64,000 bases of DNA from Balanoglossus misakiensis (Eukaryota > Animalia > Hemichordata). This document shows, in pieces, positions 1-12,100 of this stretch. The stretch is taken from contig CM082579.2 of assembly GCA_040954595.2 (NCBI GenBank), positions 13,145,834 to 13,209,833 of the forward strand. Direction: 5' to 3'. Made by a program: the position numbers and the translations under genes. Every line of letters begins with the position of its first letter. The stretch's first letter is position 1. The notes below the pieces were generated by a model. The model had not been told where the DNA came from. It did not search any database and saw only the letters and a list, made by a program, of their open reading frames with translations.

Positions 1-212
1 TTTATAATTGTAAATACAATGAGATCTGATAGACATAAACTGCAATACAAAAAATGCTTTGATAAATAAACACACAAACAGAAATATGCAAATATATGCT
101 GGTTTTAAAGTTTTTATGCTTCCAGCAATAAATTTGCAGCTGCTATGAACTAACCCAGAATTCCCCACTTCAATCATTAATACTCCTGCTTCAATGTCAC
201 TTTCCTATCTCT

Positions 213-3200
213 TCAGTAGAAATGCTTTGATGAAAATGTCTGCAAGCTCCTTTTCATCCAATTCTTGAATGCTTTCATATCTAGCATTTCAAGAATGTTT
301 GCTGGCATCTTTTCAAAAGCCTTATGCTTTCGTGCAGGCTTCGATGCAAACAATTCTGCCTGGTGGAATTGCTGTACCAGTGTAAGAACGTCTTCTGTTG
401 TGTTACCTTGTGTGTGCCTTCCTGATGGTCGTCGTACCTGCGTTTCCTTGTCATACTTTTTTGTTACTGACTCTGTAATGTTCTGGCTGAGGGCGACTCT
501 GTTGATTGTTCTCTGTGTGATGTCACCCCTAAAGCTATGTACATCAGTTTTGAATGTTTTATTGTCGTGTTCAATGTCCAAATCCATGGGGTGATTTGTG
601 TCAACCTTTCCTTGCCAATTCACACTTCTGTTCCACATCAACTGATACGCCTTCCTTGGAGTTAGCAAGCAATTGACCTGAGCCAGTAATTCCAAAGTAG
701 CATAGGCATATTTGGGGCAGCTTGACACTTTGTAGTACAAATAAAGAAATTTGTACAAACGCACGATTCTCCCGCCATCTCCCATATGTATAGCATTGTT
801 GTGGTCACGGCGGAGCAGACACAACATCAATGTATTCCGTGTGTAGTTCAGCACCCGATCATCCTGCAGACTCTGCTCCTCTTCTTCAGCATATTCTTCA
901 TGTAGCCTTTCATGTTTCTTCAAATTTCCTTGCCGAACATACTCGCGGTCACAGTATCTGCATCTATACTTGCTCCTTGGACACTCTAATTTTGGGACAT
1001 CACTAACCACATATGTCTTCACAAACTTTCTCGCTTCAGACATAATGTAGTTTTTCTTCTCACCGTTAGAATCAGGATTGCCTGTAAAATGTTAAACAAA
1101 GAAAAATTAATTTGATTATGAATAAAATGACCATAGTATTTGAGTCAATGTCATGATCATCATCATCTTATTATCTCTATAGTTTTCATATCATAAGGTG
1201 GGATTTGCCTTGACCTTCTGAAACACAGGTTATGATACTTGCCTTCAAACACATTACATGATGGTGTGCCTTCCACATCAGCCATACCAAAATGCTCCAG
1301 GGCACCAGTAACCAGGTATGCATCAGTGTATTTGTCGAGAAGCTCTGCAGAAGCATAGTAATTCTTTGATGGATCACTTGTGACATTTCGTGAATTGATG
1401 GCATTTCTTGCTGCATACAAAGTCCCAATATCCGGACTAGAACTTGTGGAATACAAATGGTTCCAAATAACCTGTTTAAAATACCAAACAATACAGTGAT
1501 TATGTAATCAATATTTTATCATCAATCAACTCTCTAACTGTGTGGGTTGTAAAATCCAACTTAATACGCAGTTGGATTTTAACAATGAAAACCCACACAA
1601 TTATTTATTAAACATGATTGTGCACAAAAAAGTATTATTCGTCTGTTACCGGATAAATTCTAGGTTTGTTTAAAGTCTCACCTTGTTCCACTCTGCTTGG
1701 GCATGGAAGTCTTCAAGTTTTGGTATTAGGCCCTCCAATCGAGTACTTGGACTTCTCCCATCTCTTTTAGTGGACTGTGCCTCCTTGTGACGTTCAAATG
1801 TGAGATAGTCACCTCCACTTAATACCTTAACAGGCTCCATATCATCATCATTATGCCCAGGAACAAAGGTGTGCAGAAACTCTACAATGTCAATCATGTC
1901 GTCTCCATATTGTTCATTCTTGGCAAGAATTCCAAGGTGCACCTGTATTAAAATGAAAATCAACAGAACAATAAATATTTTTTTTTACAATATGAAAAAT
2001 AAGGATAAAGTGTCAAGGTAATATGTCTTCTCGCTATAACCACATCAAACAATAACACATTTTTACCTTCTCAGATTTTTTCTTTGTACTTTCCATGTTT
2101 TCATGTGGGATAATCTTTTCAACATGGTCACCAAATTTTGCCAGCACTGGGATGTATTGGGTCCAGGTCCAAACAACAAGTAGTGATAACTCATTGATCA
2201 ACAACTGGTGGTCTTCTTCATTCGGCAGGAAATGTGTTAGTGGTACACTACCAATTTCTGCAATTGGTTTGTTGTCTTGGAGATGGTTTCCTGACACCCG
2301 GTTTTTGTACGCAACCATATTGTACAGGTGGTGGTCTTTGGTTTGGTTTGCTTGTGTCATCTGTCTCACCTGGAACCGGATGTCCACATTATCCCCAGTG
2401 AATGAATATCCAGGGTGCATGTTCTTTCTTAGTTGCTGCAGCTGGTGTTCTATATGTCTGCACTGTAAGGCCGATGCAGGGCTTGAACTGCTTTCCGCCT
2501 GTTCAAGCTTGCATTCCAGCGCCCGCTCTTTCCTGTAGTCACCTTCTACATTTTTCTTCCATTCAAGGAGCAGTTTATCATGTTCTTTGCCAAAGTGTTC
2601 CATCATGGTATTGGCACTCTGGTATCCCATACAAACATACTGTGAAGCCAGTCTATCCATAGCCCCTTTCTTTAAACCTCCTTTCTTGAGAATAACAGTA
2701 TACAATCTCCTGACAGTTGTCATGTCATCATTGAATACTGATATCAGTTGTGCAGCTGCAGACATCATGATTTGTGTAGCTCTTTTACCAGTTTTCACTT
2801 TGTTTCTTGCCTGGTTTTTGTTTTGCACCGCCGTTTTCAATATCATCAGGAGCAGGGGGGCCCGGTCTTCAAATTCATGTAAAAGTTTGTCCCAACTGAA
2901 GTCGAGCAGACTGTCAACACCTGTTATCAAAAAAACGCAGTGAAAGGCAAACATTACACATATATCCTTGCATAAAAATAGAAGTGGCATATCACTTTCA
3001 AATAACATCAGTTATTAACGGGACGACTTTCTTATTCTGACATGTGTGTTGTGTTATAATTGTTAAAATATACATTTTAATATCCCTATATTAGTGTTGA
3101 AGTTTGCTAACCAATTCACGGGAATCCATGGGAGATAACTTCAGATATGCAAATCTGACTTTTCGAAAGTTAGGCTAGTAACAGGAAGTTTGACAGGCAT

Positions 3201-4797
3201 TCTTTGTCTAGAGACTTTCAGCATGATGGTCAACTATGGCTTCCAAAGACTTACATGGGAAAGTTGATAGATAGAACAAAAGAAATCACCACACAAGTGG
3301 CATTGTCTTTTTTTTATTTCCATTCCTTTGAGTAAAAAAATTACAATCGTGCATTTTTAGCAAAACGAGAAAGAGAACAGAAATTTTGGAAAATAAACCA
3401 GATTTTCATAAATTTTAAGTATAGGGCTAACAGAAAATATATAAGGTGTAGAAGAAAACCAGAAATATAAGGAAAAATAATCGATTGAAAACAAGTGTCA
3501 TTAAAACTTCATCCTAACCTTAAAAATAAATGAACCTTACCTGTGTATCTTAACAAGGAGGGATTTGTCACTGAACACAAACCAGTTATTTCTCCGTTGA
3601 TGTTATTACAGAGTTGTTTCAGAACAGCATCTGTCAAATCACCTCCCCCGAGAATGTATTTGGCCACATTTTCTTTCGAGGACGATACAATTTTCTTCAC
3701 CAGATTTTTCTCGTTGCCTTTTGGTTTGTATATTCGGGTGCCCGAGTTCACATACTTTAACGCCACCTACAATGTTATAATAAAGAACTAAAACTAACCA
3801 ACGAATAACTATACAGTTTTATATGACAAATGACACAGTACCGTTCAATAATTTTTCGATGATAAATATAGTGCGTGTTTATGAAAAAGTAAACGAGGCT
3901 CACCAGAACATCGTCGTCTGCTAATTTTGAACCAGCTGTATCACTTCCTGTCGACGCTTCGTCGGGCACCTTCGACGTTACGCTCATCGGTGTTCCCGTC
4001 GACGGTTCATTGGGCACCTTCGACGTTACGCTCATCGGTGTTCCCGTCGACGGTTCATTGGGCACCTTCGACGTTACGCTCATCGGTGTTCCCGTCGACG
4101 CTTCATTGGGCACCTTCGACGTTACACTTATCGGTATTGCCTACATGTCACAAGGACCAAAAATGATACATTTAATGGGCCGTTACTTTGCTACTTTGTT
4201 CGCAAATTACTATATTAAATATCGGAAATTTGTTTCCAGGACATCGGATGCTTTCCAACAATCGTATAATCGTTGGATATGAACAGAACTGAACACTAAC
4301 GCCACAAAACATGGCCCATCTCACAAATATAACTTTTTTGCAAAACAAATTAAAATAAAACTCACCAGAACATCATCGTTACCGGGTGCACTAGGCCTTG
4401 TCGGCGCCGCATCAAACACTAACCTCTTCCAAGCTGGAGCTCCGTGATTATCGTACGGAATAACGCGTTTGAGCACTTCTTTCTTCTTCCCATTTCTGCA
4501 CTTACTTTCTCTAAAAAGTTGGCGAAAGTTCTCCAAATTCTTGGTTAGGGTAACCGCCTTCTCTCTGCAGGATCTGCAGCAAACATGGGTCTGCAGAAAG
4601 GGATCCAAACTTTCCCCGACGATGTGCTCAATTTCACCGCAGTATTGCGTTTTTTTCCCCTCGTGATAGAGTCGACGGCGATTAGCAGGCTTTGCGACGC
4701 ACAAACCACAAACAACACATAGAATGTTTTGAGATTTTGGTGAAATTACTGAATTTGTGCTTACTTTGGTAGGAGTTGCGACCTCGGAGTTTGACAT
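213..4797 (-). CDS. Academ-type DDE transposase (DUF6589-like), 7 exons, ~1035 aa, with an internal C2H2 finger
   Basis: Exons 4797-4366, 4140-3904, 3766-3541, 2920-2067, 1942-1682, 1471-1243 and 1081-213 join in frame (3108 nt). Five introns are GT-AG and one is GC-AG. Motifs: N-terminal CxxC...CC zinc-binding-like region, GDNVD, GDYLT...LEGLIPKLEDFH, DLDIEHDN (putative D,D,E) and CRYC-x12-HERLH. Family assigned from recalled motifs. Confidence 0.75.
3948..4134 (-). repeat. 48-bp coding minisatellite (~4 copies; VTSKVPNEPSTGTPMS)
   Basis: gggcaccttcgacgttacgctcatcggtgttcccgtcgacggttcatt repeated in tandem inside exon 2 of the Academ transposase. Confidence 0.95.
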
Positions 4798-5140
4798 ACT
4801 TTCTGAACTTCATAATATAAACATTGCCACGCGACCGGCACGCGATTTTCTCGGGCACGCGAGCTCCACGCGAGCGCGCTCATACGTTTAAACTTTAACT
4901 CCGCCCATTTATTTAAATCATAACTGCATATTCATGAGATGACGTCGACATGAATAATTCATAGCAACTGGAATGCAGCAAGGTATACAAGTCTATGGGC
5001 CAACACAATCCCTATACATACATACGCGCCCATACACGCTGACGTCTACTCCACACACGGTACATAGAGAAATTCGGAATAAGTTTTTAAAAATGTATTT
5101 ATTATAAAATAATGATGCCCTTAGACTTGGAGCAAGTCTA

Positions 5141-6053
5141 AGTCTACCGGAAAACTTTCTTATTCCCTCGGGCCAGTGTGTTCTACGCATCACCACGGAA
5201 TATGCAAATAACAAGACGGCGTTTGGAAGCAACCATGGATATTTTAGAACAAACCGTCGATCTACAGAGTCTACCGGAAAACTTTCTTATTCGCTCGGGC
5301 CAGTGTGTTCTACGCATCACAACGGAATATGCAAATAACAAGACGGCGTTTGGAAGCAACCATGGATATTTTAGAACAAGCCGTCGATCTACAGAGTCTA
5401 CCGGAAAACTTTCTTATTCCCTCGGGCCTGTGTGTTCTACGCATCACAACGGAATATGCAAATAACAAGACGGCGTTTGGAAGCAACCATGGATAATTTT
5501 AGAACAAGCCGTCGATCTACAGAGTCTACCGGAAAACTTTCTTAGTCCCTCGGGCCTGTGTGTTCTACGCATCACAACGGAATATGCAAATAACAAGACG
5601 GCGTTTGGAAGCAACCATGGATATTTTAGAACAAGCCGTCGATCTACAGAGTCTACCGGAAAACATTCTTATTCGCTCCGGCCTGTGTGTTCTACGCATC
5701 ACAACGGAATATGCAAATAACAAGACGGCGTTTGGAAGCAACCATGGATATTTTAGAACAAGCCGTCGATCTACAGAGTCTACCGGAAAACTTTCTTATT
5801 CCCTCGGGCCAGTGTGTTCTAAGCATCACAACGGAATATGCAAATAACAAGACGGCGTTTGGAAGCAACCATGGATATTTTAGAACAAGCCGTCGATCTA
5901 CAGTGTCTACCGGAAAACTTTCTTATTCGCTCGGGCCAGTGTGTTCTACGCATCACAACGGAATATGCAAATAACAAGACGGCGTTTGGAAGCAACCATG
6001 GATATTTTAGAACAAGCCGTCGATCTACAGAGTCTACCGGAAAACTTTCTTAT
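5141..6053 (+). repeat. 127-bp satellite, left block (~7 units)
   Basis: Near-identical tandem units tattccctcgggccagtgtgttctacgcatcacaacggaatatgcaaataacaagacggcgtttggaagcaaccatggatattttagaacaagccgtcgatctacagagtctaccggaaaactttct. Confidence 0.98.
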
Positions 6054-6146
6054 TCTTTACTATCAATCACGTGATCTGGTCATGTGACCTATTTCCAGAT
6101 GACGGGCAAATGCATATGGCCCGTTTCTAGGTGACGGGCAAACAAC

Positions 6147-9100
6147 ATGGCGGAATCTAGTAAAAGTTTGTCCGAGTATGTAAACACTCTAGAACCGAAA
6201 GTGCAAGCACGATATCAGTCCAAGATATCATTATGCGGTGGCGTGGATCCGTATGCCATAAAATCGAAGGAACTTTCAACCGACCTGAAAGATTTGCCAA
6301 ATCTGCAGTTCCCCGATATATCGAATTATCTGGTGTTGCAGTCATCGTTTTACACGAAAAATGAAATGAAGGCTTTCAAAAGTTTGGAGGCCTATAACTT
6401 TTTCGTTTGTGGCTGGGTGCACGACCTTGGCATTAAAAGGTTACAAGATAATCGTCTTATATGCGCCAAGGTGAGTAAACGTATTATCTTTTTCTGTGTC
6501 GTTAACCGAAGAAAGTCTTTATGAATGACAGCTCTGCGTGGCACGGCTATGTCAATGACTGGACGAAAAAATGCTGCGGGTGACTTTGTTGTTGGCATCT
6601 GTACATGTAATTCCTGACGGGTTCGTGGTTTCAAACACAAACAGTTCACTTTTGAGCTATCTCATCCGAATGTGTTTGGTGGTTACTGCATAACGTTTAT
6701 TGTTGTTTTAAAATGAAGCGTGACCATTCACGCGCGGGTTTTCTCCAAGGTGTGTACGGACTGTGACTTGCACGCTGCGTATAACTGTGTTATTGTTTGT
6801 TAAATTTCGGGTGGATCGTGTTTTTGTTCATATCCATAGTTTGTCAACCATCTAATTACCAATACCAGACGATACATCCATCGGTGAAATATGCTGACTC
6901 AGCTGTTTTCTTCAATTATTGACCTATTATTGGCCTTTTATTTCAAAAACAAATGCGGTGACCCCTAAATTTTATTACAGATGTTCATTAATACATACAC
7001 ATGGGAAACCAAAAATCCACAATAGCACAGTCCAGGGTTTACGTCATCAAAATCTAATGAATATTCATGAGTTCGAAAATGCGGACAAAGTTGCGGGTAC
7101 GCGTCGATTGCCCCCAGGACCGCCCCATCAGCTGGCTGCGCTGAGCGAGCTTTGTTTGTTTACTTTATGATGCCGTCGTCGACCGAACCAATTTCACTGG
7201 AAGAAAATGATGTTCCTGGTGCAAAGCTTGCATATGCATCTATTGAGAAGCACTCTGTTGAGCAACTTAAAAGGTGGCTGAAATGTAGAGGTTTAAAAAC
7301 AAGTGGGAAAAAAGTGGAGCTGATAGCGAGGTGAGTTCATTCAAGTTCATCATCGTAATTATTGTTTACTTCCGCATTGACCGACTTCTTCGGAAGCAGA
7401 CATACTAAATATTGATGTGAAATGAGTTTAAGGCAATAGAATTTCAAGAAAAAAATCGTTAAACTTATTATTTCATGTGAGATTATTTTGCTTTTCAATA
7501 TTTCCCCACTTGTGTTTGTGTCGTCTGCACGTATGTATGCGCGCCAACGATGTTGTGCACCGCAACCCCGGTTTATAGGTCCACTGTTAATGTTCTCGTC
7601 GTTCTTCGAAACGTTGTTGTTATGCTCTGGTGTGTTTTTTATTTATGTTCTCAGATCAAGTGTCGAATAGGCGATAAAAATATCGACCAACGCAATTTAC
7701 TGCGCGGAAATAAACTACGTGCTAGGCTGTGTGGGCGATGGGGGGGGGGGGGGGGTGGACTGCCACAGGTCCTTACTGATAAAAGTAGTGTTGTTGACAT
7801 GACTATACGAGAGATATTTGCAATATTGATATGATGAACGACTTGATATTGACAGGAAAAATGTTACTAACTTGTTATGAGTCAATATTGTTACCATTGT
7901 TTACCATCGTTTTGATATATTTTCAGGTGCCAAAACTGTATAGACAGTGGGAATGCAAGTGACATTGACCCAGCTGTTGATAATGGGCACTGGTTGCTGT
8001 TGAAGGAGAGAGTTCATTCTCACAATACTGGTGGTTGTGGTGTTATACTTCCAGTTACTGGTTGGAAGCCTCTTGGTGAGCTGGAAGGCAATGTCCCTGT
8101 CATAACAGATGGCCACATTTACCATCACATCATAGAAAGTCATCCCGCAAGCCAAAGTGATGAAAACTCTCCAGAACATTGTCACACAGCTAAGCCTCTA
8201 AGACGAGGAGAACAATTTTACAAATCTGGACATGTGACAGAGGTTCACGCAGTAAAAAAAAGTGGTGTATTTTATGTAAAATCAAAAGTTCATGCCAGCA
8301 TGCGTAGTGCTTCTTATTTTGTAACAGTTGCTGTGTCTGTTCATTCAGGTTTTGTTAAGGGAGCAAGTTGTGAATGTAAGGCCTCTGCTCTGGGCAGGTG
8401 CAGTCATGTTGCAGCACTTTTACTATATCTTTCAAAGTATGGGAATATGTCATGTACAAGTCAACCAGCTGAATGGGGTAGGGGGGCTAAATATAATAAA
8501 AACCCCTCTAAAGTAACTGATGTAAATTATGATAATCGAAAGGTTTTGCCAGATGTCATCAATTTTGATCCTCGTCCCCTGTCATTAAGAAATAATGAAA
8601 TGAGTATAGAGGAAAGAAATGAATTTATCATAAGCCAACAGTCCTGCCATAGTGCACTGTCTTCTATGTGGGAAACTATAATACCTGTTCATTATGATGA
8701 TTACACACCAACAGATGAACATGTATCCCAACTGCAGACAAAATGCAATCTGTTGGTTGAAACTCTAAATATGGATGGGATAAATCAATTAACAGATGGA
8801 CAAGGAAATAGAAATTGGCAAAATGAAAGACGCCTCCGCGTGACTGCTTCTCAGTGTAAACAAATATTCACTTGTAAAACTGATAATACAGCTGAGAATA
8901 TTGTATATAATAAATTATGGGGGAAACCAGTAACTATGGCAGCTTTGGAATGGGGAAATGAAAATGAAAAAAAGGCACGGGAACAGTTTGAAGATAAATA
9001 TCCAAATTTGATGGTTAGGGATACAGGGATGTGGATCAACAGCAGTTATCCTGGTTTGGGAGCGTCACCTGATGGTGTCATCACCGACACACAAGGAAAC

Positions 9101-12100
9101 AGGTGTGGTGTACTAGAAATAAAGTGCCCATATGTGCTGAAGGCAGGAAATCCTCAGTCATTTGAGAAAGATTTGGGTGTAAAGCAACGAAATAATTTTT
9201 GTTTGGATTCTAATTTGAGATTGAAAAGAAATCATGCTTATTATTTCCAGTGCTAGATGCAAATGGGTGTGTTGGGTGTTGATATCTGCTATTTTGTTGT
9301 CTGGTCACCAAAGGGGATGGCATGTGATATAATTAAATTTGATGCAGTATTTTTCAGAGCAATAGCTAAACGCCTTGTAAACTTCCACAGAAGTAAGCTA
9401 ATACCTGAATTTTTTGAAATGAGACTACCACGAAGATTGCCTTTGCTATCTGTTGACTATTAAAGGGACAAAGTCTCTCTCTCACTGCCCTTTTTCCATT
9501 ATGTTTTATACAAGACACCGTTTATGTCATTCTACATGCGGATATACAGTGAATCAACGTTTGACCACACACAACTTTCATTCCATTTGTAGGATATGAG
9601 AGTAAAAATCTCGGCAAAATGAATAAATGGTAAACACCGATTATTCATTGTGGCAAGTTTTTCACTCTCGTGTCTGCAAGTGGGATGAAAGTTGTGTGTG
9701 GTTGAATGTAGATTCACTATATGTCCACATGTAGAATAACATAAACGGTGTCTTGTATCAAACATAATCAATGGAAAAAGGGCAGCGAGATAGAGACTTT
9801 ATTCCTTTAAGGGATATAATCATGGAAAATGTCTGCTGTTCTCCAAGTCATGTGTGTCATTTGTCACTTTTGTGTATGTATGTTTTAATGCGATGTGAAA
9901 TGAAACCACCGAGTTCAAGGGACTTGTAAATATTATATTTGAAATAATTGTATATGAATTTTAATACAAGTGTACAGTAATTAAATATTTTATAATTTAT
10001 TTGAAACAAGTGTTAAGTAAAAATGTTATATGGAATATTATACATTATGAATGATTAATTCTATTACTGATAATTTTACAGCAAATCTTTTATGGCTGTG
10101 TAAGATATCTATATATACATTCACAATTTACTGGTATTGCCAAGTGTTTAAAAAATGTTTTTGGCAGCTTATTTACAGATATTTAAGAACTTTACATTTC
10201 ATTTGTATTCCACTTTTGATGACAAAATATAATACATAACAATGTATAAGGAACCTGTGTCCTCAAGTGAACATTCATGTGTGACAAACTTTCTTTATCT
10301 TATCAGTCAGTCTGATAATTTCTTCTGCAGAACATGACATAAATGGATAGAAAGACACACACATATATGTATATGTATATGTACATAAATATGTTAACAC
10401 ACATGTATTTACAGGCAGACAATGGATGCTGATTGCAACCCATGACATCTCATTTTACAATAGGCTCTTGGAAATTGACTAAACAACCCGCCACAAACAC
10501 CATCTGTGAAAACACAGGCTGCAGAGATAATGGAATGGTTTTCTTTAATAACCGGAATTTTTTAATACGTTCAATAGCACGCTCCACATGTATTCTTACT
10601 CTAGCAATTTGTTTTGTTGTGATTTCTTCAGTCGCTGATAATTTGACTCTGCCTCCTAAAAATGGAGGTATGTTTAAGTCTACCTTTTTTTCATACAGTA
10701 AATCCCTGATTGTAAAACCCCGATCAGCTAGGATAAGATCCCCTTCTTCGAGATGTTCTAGAAACCCTGACTGCTTTACAATTTCTTGGTCAGAAATAGA
10801 GCCTTCAAATGCATCTGATACATATGTTATGGCACCTGATGGAGCTATACCGATCAACACTTTGTATGTAACATGGTGCTTATAATTTGAAAACATATTG
10901 CCCTGTTGTCGGAAATGTGTGGAATGTTCAACAAAAAATTCAGAGCAGTCAATGATGGCACGAATGTTCTTAAATTTAGAGAAGCACGGAGGAAGATGTT
11001 GCCTTATTGTGTCTCGTGAAGGAAACATATCTATTCTTAGTCTAGCAAACTGCACATACAGGAATTGAATCCAGGTAATTACAACAGTGGACACGTAACT
11101 TTTTGATACACCAAACCTATATGCTATATCCTGTTGCAGCAATCCAGCACGGAGTCTCACCAGAGTTAAAAATAGTTGATTGATTGGTTTTAATTTACGT
11201 TCTGGTCCACGGCGTTTGTTTTGATTCACATTATCAACGATGTTACGTTTCCAAAATAATAATTTGTCACGTGCTGGACCTAGAAAATTAAATACACACA
11301 TAAACTGAATCCAAGTCAGGCCACAATAAAATTTACATTTTGCATCATCATTCTTTACATCTTCAACACTGAATTTGCCAGTGGCTTCCTGGTTCAAACA
11401 GTGAGAACATTCACGTTTAACATCATTTTTTAACAACACTAACTCATTTTTCAGAATTGCATTTTCAGCTTTCAAATGAATAAGTAGGTCGATGTTTTGA
11501 AGCTTGAAGTCTGTTTGTGTCCCCACAGTAGCTGTTTCCTTGCTGTCCTTGAGGGGTGATGAACAGTTTTCATCCGGCTGGGTTTTAGGCACTGAAAAAT
11601 AAATAAATAAAGATAAAGCGGTATACTCATGTGCAATCAATGATTTCTGACAGGTACAACAGTTACACAGCGCTATGAAGTTTTAGTACTGTTTTTGTTC
11701 AATGAGAAAACATTATAGATAGCACACAAATGTGAACATTAATACTTATTGGTGTCAGTGATACCAAACCAATAACCACATGACACAGTAATAATATAAT
11801 TGAGCATAATAGGCAGTAAAAATTATACCTGTCACATGATCTTTACTGGAAGCTTGTTCTTCAAACTCTGCATCTTGTCTCACTCTCTTCTGTTGTTTCA
11901 TGGGAATCGGTATGTCTCTCAGTACTGGTCCCTTTCTCTTTCTTGACAATCTCTGTGCCTAACAAGTAACAAATATGAACAAGATTTTAATACTGCTCTG
12001 AATTTACGTGCAGGGTTGGGGTCACCGTGACCCGGTTTTGGATCAAAACATCCGACATTCCAACAGTGTTTCTAAACTCCCGAACACATTACATACAAAG

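Larger units (their letters stand above)
1..5140 (-). mobile_element. Academ-like (AcademH-type) DNA transposon; only one terminus lies in the window
   Basis: Unique sequence ends abruptly at 5140 in a palindromic end, TAGACTTGgagCAAGTCTA (5122-5140), that abuts the satellite. TAG...CTA termini are typical of Academ. Carries the transposase gene below. The other end and the TSD are outside the window. Confidence 0.72.

Noticed and set aside
265-2943. Plus-strand ORFs overlapping the Academ gene (likewise antisense ORFs over the ISL2EU and LINE genes)
   Set aside because: Shadow ORFs opposite real coding exons, with no motifs.
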